This document shows positions 30,637 through 38,726 of a stretch of DNA of 38,726 bases, piece after piece; the stretch's first letter is position 1; each line of letters begins with the position of its first letter. Position numbers and translations under genes: made by a program. The notes beneath the pieces are model-generated. The model did not search any database, was not told the origin of the DNA, and worked only from the letters and a program-made list of their open reading frames with translations. Where the stretch lies: positions 1-38,726 of the forward strand of contig JAJZAG010000003.1 of the NCBI GenBank assembly GCA_021799555.1, written 5' to 3'. The DNA is from Deltaproteobacteria bacterium. GTDB taxonomy: Bacteria > Desulfobacterota > Binatia > Binatales > Binataceae.

Positions 30637-31257
30637 TTAGATCGTGCAGGCGAGGGTCTCGGCGACCGCGCGGATCGCCCTTTCCATCATGGCGAGCGCC
30701 ATGCTCGGCGCGTTCGGATGACGTGCGCTCTGGCGCGCGTCGTAGGGCAGATGGATAAAGCCGACCGGCATGGCCGAGCGTCGGCGCGTCAGATGCAGGC
30801 TCGCATACATCAGGGCGTTGCACGCGTATGCGCCCGCACTCAGCGATACCTGCGCCGGAATTTCGCGGCGGCGCAGTTCGCGGATCAGAGTGGGAATCGG
30901 AAGCCGCGCGAAATAAGCCTCGGGAGCGCCCGCGATTAGCGGCTTGGCGCTTGCGCCGACGCCGTCATCCGCGGCGGTATTCTCATCGGCAAGATTGATC
31001 GCGACTTTTTCAATCGAAATTGCGGTCCTGCCTCCCGCCTGGCCGAGTCCCAGAATCGCACGCGGTCGATAGCGCACGATCGCCGCGTTGATTCGCCGCA
31101 CCGCCGCCGCGCATCCGACCGGCACCTTTACCGATTTGACTTTCAGCCCGCCGATCTCCTCGCCGTCGAGGCGCAGGGCGATTTCCCACGACGGATTTAT
31201 TCGCTCGCCGCCAAACGCCGCGAATCCGGTCACGAGAAATATCCGCGATTGCGCCAT
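30637..31257 (-). CDS. pcp: Pyroglutamyl-peptidase I (pyrrolidone-carboxylate peptidase)
   Basis: N-terminus IFLVTGFAAFGGERINPSW, catalytic Cys context SLSAGAYACNALMY, and His context GFIHLP. Confidence 0.9.
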   Translation of the reverse strand: MAQSRIFLVTGFAAFGGERINPSWEIALRLDGEEIGGLKVKSVKVPVGCAAAVRRINAAIVRYRPRAILGLGQAGGRTAISIEKVAINLADENTAADDGVGASAKPLIAGAPEAYFARLPIPTLIRELRRREIPAQVSLSAGAYACNALMYASLHLTRRRSAMPVGFIHLPYDARQSARHPNAPSMALAMMERAIRAVAETLACTI

Positions 31258-31266
31258 CGCGCGCCG

Positions 31267-32094
31267 CTACTCCTTGCGCACCGGATGCTCGATCGGCAGG
31301 TCGTCGCGATTACCCCATTCCGCCCACGAACCCCAGTAATTGCGCACGTTCGGAAATCCGGCGAGCCTCAGCGCAAGCCACGCGTGCGCCGCGCGATAGC
31401 CGCCCTGGCAATACGGAATAATCTCGGTGTCGGCGCGCAGCCCGATCGCCTCGTACTCGGCGCGCAGCTCATCGGGAGTTTTGAATTTTCCGTCGGGAGT
31501 GTTCGCCTCGGTCCAATCGCGATGCGCCGCGCCGGGAATCGCGCCGCCGTGGCGGGCGCGGACGCGTTCGGAGTAATACTCGGCGTCGGAGCGGACATCG
31601 AATACGCTCACATCGCCGCGTCCGAGTCGTTCGACGATATATTCAGCCGACGCTCCGACTTCTTCGCGCGGCGCGGTGGAAAATCGCGCCGGCCTGATCG
31701 CGGGCGCCGCGGTCGAGAGCTTTTGATTCACGAGCGCGCGAATGCCGCCGTCGAGCACCCGCGCCCGCCGATGCCCCATCCATTCGAGCAGCCACAAAAC
31801 TCGCGTCGCCCGCATCCCTGAATCGTTTTCATAGCAGATGACGGTTTCCTTGCCGGTCAGACCGAGCGCCGAGAATATCCACTCGAGTTGCGCGCGGAAT
31901 TCCGCGGTGCCGCGCGGTCCCGTGTCATAATAGTGAAATGGGAACGGGTCCAAGTGACGCGCACCTTTTAGATGTCCGCCCCAATAGTCGTCGGATGCGC
32001 GCGTGTCGATAAGAACGACGCTCTCGTCGTCGCGATGCGCGTGGAGCCACTTCGCATCGACGATCGGTTTCGGCTGCGTCCGGGATAATCCCAT
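31267..32094 (-). CDS. Rhodanese-domain sulfurtransferase (thiosulfate/3-mercaptopyruvate type)
   Basis: Two rhodanese domains with the active-site loop CQGGYRAAH. The ATG at 32094 has AAAGGA 7 nt upstream. An alternative start lies at 32127. Confidence 0.88.
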   Translation of the reverse strand: MGLSRTQPKPIVDAKWLHAHRDDESVVLIDTRASDDYWGGHLKGARHLDPFPFHYYDTGPRGTAEFRAQLEWIFSALGLTGKETVICYENDSGMRATRVLWLLEWMGHRRARVLDGGIRALVNQKLSTAAPAIRPARFSTAPREEVGASAEYIVERLGRGDVSVFDVRSDAEYYSERVRARHGGAIPGAAHRDWTEANTPDGKFKTPDELRAEYEAIGLRADTEIIPYCQGGYRAAHAWLALRLAGFPNVRNYWGSWAEWGNRDDLPIEHPVRKE

Positions 32095-32138
32095 CGCGTA
32101 GTCCTTTCGCGGCGCGGGTCGCCGCAAAACCTCTTTGC

Positions 32139-33197
32139 TCAGGCGCCCGTTCCGACCGCATCGCTAATAGAGCTAAAACCCTCGCGCTTGAGCAAGGCGA
32201 CAAGACCGCGCTTGATCTCGGCGGCGACTCCGGGACCTTCGTAGATGAGTCCGGTATATAGCTCGACTAGGCTTGCGCCCGCGCGGATATGCTCCCACGC
32301 ATCGTCGGCGCTCGCGACGCCGCCGACGCCGATGATCGTTAGCTGGCCGGAGGTGTACCGGCGGATTGCGCGGATAATCTCTCGCGCGCGTCCGCGCAGC
32401 GGTGCTCCGCTCAGTCCGCCGCCGTGCGCCGAGCTTATTCCGATCGCTTCGCGGGCGATCGTCGTGTTGACCGCGACAATTCCATCGAGCTTCAACTCGA
32501 GCGCGGTGTCGCAGATGCGGCGCAGATCGTCGAGTTCGAGATCGGGTGCGACTTTGATCAATGCCGGTGGCCGCTGCGCGAGGTTCCCCATCGCGGCCGC
32601 GATCGCGCCGAATATCTCGCGCATCCGCTCGGGCGATTGCCAGTTGCGCAACCCGGGAGTATTCGGCGAGCTGACATTGATCACGATAAAATCCGCAAGC
32701 GAACCCATCCGCCGCACGAGCGTCGCGTAATCTCCCGCGACGCGCTCGACCGGCGTCTCCTTGTTCGGGCCGAGATTGATTCCGAGCCGAATCGCGATGC
32801 CGCGCGATCGCATCCGCTCGATTCGCCGCGCGACGTTATCCATCCCATCGCTCGGAAAGCCTAACCTGTTGATAAGTGCACGGTCGGCCGGCAGCCGGAA
32901 CACTCGCGGGCGCGGATTTCCCCGCTGCGGCTCGGGGGTGACGGTCCCCAGCTCGACAAACCCGAAACCAAGGCCCTGCCACGCGCCAACGGCGACGGCG
33001 TCTTTGTCCATCCCGGCGGCAAGTCCGACCGGGTTTCGGAATTCACGGCCCCACAGCCTGAGGCCCAGTTCGGGCGGGTCTGCGGGAGGCGGCATGAGCG
33101 GCCACGTCGAAAGGAGCGAAAGCGTCATGCGATGCGCCGTTTCGGCGTCGCACTGAAACAGGGCGGGACGGACGAGTTTGTACAGTTCAGAGAGCAT
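32139..33197 (-). CDS. pyrD: Dihydroorotate dehydrogenase (quinone), class 2
   Basis: N-terminal helix MLSELYKLVRPALF..DAETAH, plus GFVELGTVTP and NLGPNKETP, with the catalytic Ser in INVSSPNTPGLR. Confidence 0.92.
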   Translation of the reverse strand: MLSELYKLVRPALFQCDAETAHRMTLSLLSTWPLMPPPADPPELGLRLWGREFRNPVGLAAGMDKDAVAVGAWQGLGFGFVELGTVTPEPQRGNPRPRVFRLPADRALINRLGFPSDGMDNVARRIERMRSRGIAIRLGINLGPNKETPVERVAGDYATLVRRMGSLADFIVINVSSPNTPGLRNWQSPERMREIFGAIAAAMGNLAQRPPALIKVAPDLELDDLRRICDTALELKLDGIVAVNTTIAREAIGISSAHGGGLSGAPLRGRAREIIRAIRRYTSGQLTIIGVGGVASADDAWEHIRAGASLVELYTGLIYEGPGVAAEIKRGLVALLKREGFSSISDAVGTGA

Positions 33198-33377
33198 CGG
33201 TGGCGCCCACACCGCAATCTTGCAGTCCGGGCGTCACCGCGCAAATCATCGGGTTCTGGATATCCGTCGCGGCGCCGGATGCATTGCGGCGCGCGGATCG
33301 AATATGATCGGAAGCGAAACGGCCGAGCCGAACATTTTTCGGAGGCGGGCGAAAGAGAATTGAGCAATCAGGCAAAG

Positions 33378-34187
33378 ATGGAGGTCAAGCTTGTCGATTA
33401 CGCGCAGCTTCCTCTCGAGAAGCTCTACGCCGCGTTCCGCACCTGCTATTCGTCGGACACGCCAATCGAAGTCTGGGAAAAAATCAGGGCCGAGAAGATC
33501 AGCCATGACACGATCCGGAAATTTATCGGCGAACGGCTGAAAACCGGACACGCTTCGCCCCTCGAGCAAGTCGTCTTCTGGTTCGGCATATCGGGCGTGT
33601 CGCGCTCGCTGTCGCATCAGTTCGTGCGCCATCGGATCGGGATCAGCTTCGAACAGCAAAGCCAGCGCTATGTGAAATTCAAGCAGGACCGCATGGCGTA
33701 CGTGCTGCCGCAATCGTGGCAGCGGGCCAAGCTCGACGGCGAGTACGAAGAGTTGCTCGGCCGCGTCTCGGAGCTGTACGCCAAAGCGCTAAAGGCCGGT
33801 ATACCGGCTGAGGATGCGCGCTTCGTGCTGCCTAACGCGGCGCCGACGAACTTTCATGTGATGGTGAATTTCGCCGAGATGCTCCACATCTGCGACTTGC
33901 GCCTGTGCGTGCGCGCGCAGTGGGAGATTCGGCGGATGGTCGCAATGATGCGCGCGGAGATCAAACGCGTACTGCCGGAAATCGCGGTCTTTCTGCAGCC
34001 CAAGTGCGGAGAAAACCGGATGGGCTATTGCGACGAATCGCTCGAAGACTGGGCCAAGTGTCCGCTCGGCAAGGTGCGCCCGCACAAATCCGCGCTCTTC
34101 GAGATGTACGAGAAATACGGAACGCGCAAATCCGAGGCGTTAACCGAGGCCGAGTTCAAAGCCGTCGAAGAAAAAGAAATCCTGTAG
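33378..34187 (+). CDS. thyX: FAD-dependent thymidylate synthase
   Basis: ThyX signature RHRIGISFEQQSQRY (RHR...S....SQRY). The ATG at 33378 starts MEVKLVDYAQ. The upstream part of the long ORF overlaps pyrD and looks non-coding. Confidence 0.92.
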   Translation: MEVKLVDYAQLPLEKLYAAFRTCYSSDTPIEVWEKIRAEKISHDTIRKFIGERLKTGHASPLEQVVFWFGISGVSRSLSHQFVRHRIGISFEQQSQRYVKFKQDRMAYVLPQSWQRAKLDGEYEELLGRVSELYAKALKAGIPAEDARFVLPNAAPTNFHVMVNFAEMLHICDLRLCVRAQWEIRRMVAMMRAEIKRVLPEIAVFLQPKCGENRMGYCDESLEDWAKCPLGKVRPHKSALFEMYEKYGTRKSEALTEAEFKAVEEKEIL

Positions 34188-34211
34188 CTTCCCGATCGTG
34201 AAAAAGCGGTC

Positions 34212-34628
34212 ATGGCGCCGGTGAATGAAAATTCCGATCTCGACCGCGCGATTGCGGCGTTTAATCGCGGCGCGTACTTCGATGCCGCCGAGATGTTCGA
34301 GAATTCGCTGCGCAATATCGACGCCGAGTTGAAGAGCATCGCCAACGCCCTCAATCAAATCGCGGCCGCGCTGCATCTGCGCTTCGAGCGGGGAGGCCGC
34401 CAGGCGGCGATCAACCTCATGTCGCAGGCGATGATCGCGCTCGATGATCTGAGGCCCGAGCGCGGCGGAATCGATATCGAGCGGCTCTACGATGAGATCT
34501 CCGCGATGGTCGATGAAATTCGTGCGGCCCCGCGCGACGAACGCGACGGCCTCAAGCATCGCGCCCGGATCTTCCTCGAACGCCGGCGCGCGCCGAAAAT
34601 TCAACGGATCAAGCCCGCGCGGAAGTAA
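34212..34628 (+). CDS. Small helical protein, DUF309-like
   Basis: 138 aa. The N-terminal AIAAFNRGAYFDAAEMFE resembles the DUF309 FNxGxYfEaHE motif but lacks the His-Glu pair. It lies 24 nt after thyX. Confidence 0.5.
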   Translation: MAPVNENSDLDRAIAAFNRGAYFDAAEMFENSLRNIDAELKSIANALNQIAAALHLRFERGGRQAAINLMSQAMIALDDLRPERGGIDIERLYDEISAMVDEIRAAPRDERDGLKHRARIFLERRRAPKIQRIKPARK

Positions 34629-34651
34629 GCGCGCGGCTGGGGGGATTCTCG

Positions 34652-35287
34652 ATGCGCGCGGTGAGGTCTCCGGTCGTCCAGATAGCGGCGCTCCAAGCGG
34701 AAATTCGACGATGCACCCGATGCGCGGCACTGGTGCGTTGCCGCTCATGCGTGGTGCCGGGTGACGGCGACGCTCCCGCGCGGATCGCGTTCGTCGGAAT
34801 CGCGCCCGGACGCCGCGGCGGTGACCGTACCGGGATTCCTTTCAGCGGCGACCGCTCGGGCGATTTACTGCGCCGGATGATCGCGCGCGCCGGCCTCGAA
34901 AGCGTTTTCATCACCAACCTGGTGCGATGCAATCCGCGCGACGCGCGTGGGCGCAACCGCGATCCCCGTCCACGTGAAATCGCGAACTGCCGCGAGCACC
35001 TCGAGCGCGAGCTCGCGATCGTGCGCGCGCACATCATCGTCTGCCTCGGGCGGCTCGCGTGGCGCGAGCTTGCCGGCCGCGGCGTGGAATTCGCGCCAGG
35101 CCGCGCCTGCGAATCGAAATTCCGCGATGCGATTCTTTATGCGATGTACCATCCGGCGTACATAAATCGCGGCGCATGTTCCGAGCGCGAGTATCTGCGC
35201 GCTTTCCGGCGCTTGGCGCGGTTGACCGCCGGAACGCGCGTTGCCCGCGAATTGACTGACGCCGCCGCGCCCGCGATGCTGACTTGA
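34652..35287 (+). CDS. Uracil-DNA glycosylase superfamily protein (family 4/5-like)
   Basis: An N-terminal Cys cluster (RCTRCAALVRCRSC). Motif A is FVGIAPGRRGGDRTGIPFSGDRSGDLL, which resembles family-5 GLAPxxxGxNRTG..FTGD.SG. The motif-B region is MYHPAY. Confidence 0.8.
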   Translation: MRAVRSPVVQIAALQAEIRRCTRCAALVRCRSCVVPGDGDAPARIAFVGIAPGRRGGDRTGIPFSGDRSGDLLRRMIARAGLESVFITNLVRCNPRDARGRNRDPRPREIANCREHLERELAIVRAHIIVCLGRLAWRELAGRGVEFAPGRACESKFRDAILYAMYHPAYINRGACSEREYLRAFRRLARLTAGTRVARELTDAAAPAMLT

Positions 35288-35303
35288 TAACGGACCGCAG
35301 GTC

Positions 35304-36176
35304 ATGGATATCACCGAGGATTTCGTAGCGAAGGGGCTCGCACGCGCGCAGTACATCACCAATCAGCGCGTCACGACCGCGGTGTTTCTCGCCCTCGCGC
35401 TCGAAAAGCCGGTGCTGATCGAAGGTCCCGCCGGCGCCGGCAAAACCGAAGTAGCCAAGGCGATCGCCGCGATGTTGCCGACCGAACTCGTGCGGCTGCA
35501 ATGCTACGAGGGACTGGATGAAGCGCGCGCGCTCTACGAATGGAATTATCAAAAGCAGCTCCTTCGCATGCAGGCCGACGAGGCGCAGGGCGCGCGTTGG
35601 CAGGACCTCTCCGAGCATATTTTTTCGCATGAGTATCTGCTTGAACGCCCGCTGCTTAAAGCGATCACCTCGCCGCGCCGCGTGGTTTTGTTGATCGACG
35701 AAATCGACAAGGCTGACGAGGAGTTTGAGGCCTTCCTGCTCGAAATGCTGTCCGATTTCCAGGTGAGCATCCCGGAGCTCGGCACGATGCGTGCGCATGA
35801 GCGGCCGGTCGTGGTGCTGACCTCGAATCGCGCGCGGGAGATCTCGGAGGCGCTGCGCCGGCGATGCCTTCATCTGTTCATCGATTTTCCTGGAATCGAG
35901 CAGGAGCGCAAAATTATCGCGCTGAAGGTGCCGGATCTTGACGAACGACTCGCGGCCGAAGCCGCGCGCTTCGTAGCCGCCGTGCGCAAGCTCGGATTGC
36001 GCAAGCCGCCGTCGATCGCGGAGACGCTCGATTGGTGCCGCGCGCTCGTCCGCCTCGAGATCAAAGAACTCGACTCCGACGCGATCCGTACCGCACTCGG
36101 CGTCCTCCTCAAGTACGAGGACGATCGCGCAAGGGTTGAGTCAAAGGCGTCGTCACTGGCGGCGCGCCAGCCGTGA
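35304..36176 (+). CDS. MoxR-like AAA+ ATPase (CoxD-like)
   Basis: Walker A is EGPAGAGKTEVAKA and Walker B is VVLLIDEIDKA. The sensor/Arg region is VVVLTSNRAREISEALRRRC. Confidence 0.9.
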   Translation: MDITEDFVAKGLARAQYITNQRVTTAVFLALALEKPVLIEGPAGAGKTEVAKAIAAMLPTELVRLQCYEGLDEARALYEWNYQKQLLRMQADEAQGARWQDLSEHIFSHEYLLERPLLKAITSPRRVVLLIDEIDKADEEFEAFLLEMLSDFQVSIPELGTMRAHERPVVVLTSNRAREISEALRRRCLHLFIDFPGIEQERKIIALKVPDLDERLAAEAARFVAAVRKLGLRKPPSIAETLDWCRALVRLEIKELDSDAIRTALGVLLKYEDDRARVESKASSLAARQP

Positions 36177-37420
36177 CTTCGCTGCGCGATCAGATCATCG
36201 CGTTGATCGCCGCGCTTCGCGCGCAGCGGGTCCGCATCTCGGTCGCCGAATCGATCGACGCGATGCGCGCGGTCGCCGCCGCCGGATTCGGGCGCGACTC
36301 GATGCGCGAGGCGCTCGCGGCGGCGCTCGTAAAGGACGAAGCAGACCGGCCCGCATTTGACGAAGCGTTCATGCGTTTCTTCGCCGCGCCGCCTTCTGGC
36401 CCGATACGCGGCGCGCATCCAAAGCATCGCGGGCAACTCGATTCCGCGGCCGGCGGCCGCGGCCGCCCGGGCGAGCATCCAAGTCAAACCACAACTCCGC
36501 GCGGAAAGCCGCAACCCGAACGCGCCGGCACGAAAAGCGCCCCGCGCGATCAGCACGCCCGTGGCGACTCTGGCGGGCGCGAACGCACCGACGAAGAAAC
36601 TCGTCCGCGTGGCGGCGATGTGCAATCCCAGGAGAGTTCGGCGCAGGCGCCACCGGCGGAAAATCACGGCGCGGCAGAAATTGGAATCGAGGCGGGACGC
36701 GCCGCGCGGATTCGCACGATCGAGCGTACTCCGTTCGCCGCCTATACCGAGCTCGAATACGAACAGGCGCGCGACGCGCTCGCGATTCTCAAGCGCCGCT
36801 TTCGCGCCCGGCTTGGGCGGCGGTTAAAGATTGCGGCGGCCGGGCGAATCGATTTTCGGCGCACGATTCGCGCGGCGACGCAGCACGGCGGCGTGCTCAC
36901 CGATCTGCGCTTTCGCGCGCGCCGTCCGCGGCACATCGACCTGACGATTCTCGCCGATATCTCCGGGTCGGTGCGCTACGCGGCGGAGCTGATGCTCGAG
37001 CTGATCGCGGGCGCGCGGGAAAACTTTCATCGCGTTCGGAGCTTCGTCTACATCGACCGGCTCGCCGAAGCCGGGTTCGAGGGACGCCATCTGATCACCG
37101 AGACCGCGCTCGATCCATTTGGGCGCTCGGATTTTGGCCGGGTGCTTGGCGAGGCCTGGGATCGACGCGCGGAGCTTTTCGGCCGGCAGACGGTTGTGGT
37201 CATCCTCGGTGACGGGCGAAACAACCGGCGCCCGGCGCGCGCCGATCTGCTGCGCGAGATCGCGCGCCACTGCCGCGCCGTTCTATGGTTGAATCCCGAG
37301 GATCCCGCGCGCTGGGGAACCGGCGATAGCGCGATCGCGCAATACACCAAAGAGGTTCGCGCACACGTGGCCGCGGGCAATCTGCGCGAACTCGAACGCG
37401 GCCTGCTCGAGGTCGCGTAG
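36173..37420 (+). CDS. VWA-domain protein (CoxE-like)
   Basis: The start overlaps the moxR stop (GTGA at 36173-36176). The N-terminal helical CoxE-type region is followed by an Arg/Pro/Gly-rich linker. The C-terminal VWA domain has the MIDAS motif LADISGSV. Confidence 0.85.
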   Translation: MTSLRDQIIALIAALRAQRVRISVAESIDAMRAVAAAGFGRDSMREALAAALVKDEADRPAFDEAFMRFFAAPPSGPIRGAHPKHRGQLDSAAGGRGRPGEHPSQTTTPRGKPQPERAGTKSAPRDQHARGDSGGRERTDEETRPRGGDVQSQESSAQAPPAENHGAAEIGIEAGRAARIRTIERTPFAAYTELEYEQARDALAILKRRFRARLGRRLKIAAAGRIDFRRTIRAATQHGGVLTDLRFRARRPRHIDLTILADISGSVRYAAELMLELIAGARENFHRVRSFVYIDRLAEAGFEGRHLITETALDPFGRSDFGRVLGEAWDRRAELFGRQTVVVILGDGRNNRRPARADLLREIARHCRAVLWLNPEDPARWGTGDSAIAQYTKEVRAHVAAGNLRELERGLLEVA

Positions 37421-38726
37421 CTAAAAATCCAGCAACTCGCGCATCCGCTCGAGGACACGATGCGCGCGTGTCATCTTTCCGTCGGGGGTGTGCTCGACGT
37501 GCAGCGCTTTTTCGCGGTCGATTTGGCGCTGCGCGACGATCTCGCTGATCGCACCGGCGGCTTTCGGATGCTCGCGGAACAGCCGCGCGAACCCTTCGCG
37601 ATCCATCTCGAACACTTCAATATCGGTGACAGCCTTGACTGTCGCCGTGCGTGGTTCGCCGCTGAACAGTGCGCCTTCGCCATAGATCTGCGCCGGACCG
37701 CCGTACGCCAGATGGCGCTCGGAGCCGTCGCTTGCGGTGCCGCTTATCTCGACGGTGCCACGCCGGACTATGTACATCGTCTCGCCCGGCTCTCCCTGGC
37801 GCATCAGGACTTCGCCGGCGCCGAACTGATGCACCTGCACCGTGGGTACGAGGAAACGCAGGTCCGAGTCAGACAGTTCGGCGAGGAACGGCACTTTGCG
37901 CAACTCGGCGACGATTTCGGATTCGTACTCGGCCTCGCCGGTGCGCGCGCGCCGTTCGCGGCGCAGCTCGAGGGTCCGCATCGGGTAGGGTATGTCGATC
38001 CGGTTGCGCCGTAAGGTGTACCACAGGTTCGACACGACCTCGGAGTGAACCCGCTCCTGGAGCGCATAGTCATCGATCCAGTATTTGACCCGGTAGCGGA
38101 TCGCGCTGTCGCCGTACTCCCAGGGCATCACCTCCGGAGCCGGCTCGCGCGCGACGTGCGGGACATCGTGCAGCATCCTGATCAGCACCTCGCGCACCCG
38201 ATTAGGCGGGACGTCGTAGGAGATGCCGACGGAAATTTCGTCGCCGGTCACGCCGCCGAAGTTCACCAGCACATCCTTGCTGACCAATGAGTTCGGAACC
38301 TCCAGCCGCTCGCCTGAGCGCGTAACCACCGTCGTTGATCTCCATCCGATTCCGCGCACCCGGCCAATAAAGTTTCCAGCGCGCACCCAATCGCCCGGCT
38401 CGAACGGTTTGCCAAGCTGAAGCATCAACCCGCTGAACACGTTGCTTAGTGACTCCTGGAGCGCAAGTCCGACCACCGCCGCGACCACCGTGGTCGTGGT
38501 CAGGATTGATAGCGGCTGAAATCCGAAGTCGGTATACAACACGACGCCCGCGACGACGGCCCACAGAACGAACATCACGAGGTCTTTGAAGATGGTCGAA
38601 AAGTGCGCGCGTCCGCGCCGCGTCAATCCGTCGATCGCTTCGAGAATCAGCCGGATGATCCCGAATAGGAACACGACCAGGGCTGCCGCTGCGACCTTTT
38701 CGGCGATAGCCGCGGTACCGATCGTC
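37421..38726 (-). CDS. MscS-family mechanosensitive channel fused to a C-terminal cyclic-nucleotide-binding domain (N-terminus lies outside the window)
   Basis: MscS TM3/beta-domain: ALQESLSNVFSGLMLQLGKPFEPGDWV...VVTRSGERLEVPNSLV. cNMP domain: FGAGEVLMRQGEPGETMYIVRRG...GEGALFSGEPRTATVKA. The frame is open to the window edge. Confidence 0.9.
   Translation of the reverse strand, partial: TIGTAAIAEKVAAAALVVFLFGIIRLILEAIDGLTRRGRAHFSTIFKDLVMFVLWAVVAGVVLYTDFGFQPLSILTTTTVVAAVVGLALQESLSNVFSGLMLQLGKPFEPGDWVRAGNFIGRVRGIGWRSTTVVTRSGERLEVPNSLVSKDVLVNFGGVTGDEISVGISYDVPPNRVREVLIRMLHDVPHVAREPAPEVMPWEYGDSAIRYRVKYWIDDYALQERVHSEVVSNLWYTLRRNRIDIPYPMRTLELRRERRARTGEAEYESEIVAELRKVPFLAELSDSDLRFLVPTVQVHQFGAGEVLMRQGEPGETMYIVRRGTVEISGTASDGSERHLAYGGPAQIYGEGALFSGEPRTATVKAVTDIEVFEMDREGFARLFREHPKAAGAISEIVAQRQIDREKALHVEHTPDGKMTRAHRVLERMRELLDF

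Overview
GC-rich bacterial chromosomal window. I saw no rRNA, tRNA, CRISPR array, transposase, integrase or phage genes. About 35 well-supported genes are packed tightly, many joined by 4-nt start/stop overlaps. From left to right: the gyrA 3' end; a glycolate/glyoxylate block (GST, class-V glyoxylate aminotransferase, divergent glcD-glcE-glcF plus a DsbA/kappa-GST-like isomerase); an AidB-like acyl-CoA dehydrogenase; a nitrogen-assimilation block on the minus strand (lrp-family regulator coupled to gltB-gltD); crotonase plus serine hydrolase; then the most unusual locus, a PII gene and an ammonium transporter separated by an APC permease, a PP2C phosphatase and a tail-anchored Hanks Ser/Thr kinase, with two near-identical sigma54-type promoters. 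After that come an orphan SagB-like dehydrogenase, a beta-propeller lipoprotein, a frame-broken secreted Pro-rich gene, GNAT, a cyclase-family gene bracketed by inverted repeats, pcp, a rhodanese sulfurtransferase, pyrD, a thyX-DUF309-udg-moxR-vwa co-directional string, and a partial MscS/cNMP channel. My main candidate for an undescribed system is the PII / permease / PP2C / kinase / Amt cluster. The PII T-loop carries the cyanobacterial-type Ser49, and the kinase stop codon overlaps the amt start codon. All functional calls come from motifs I recognised in the supplied translations. No database search was run.
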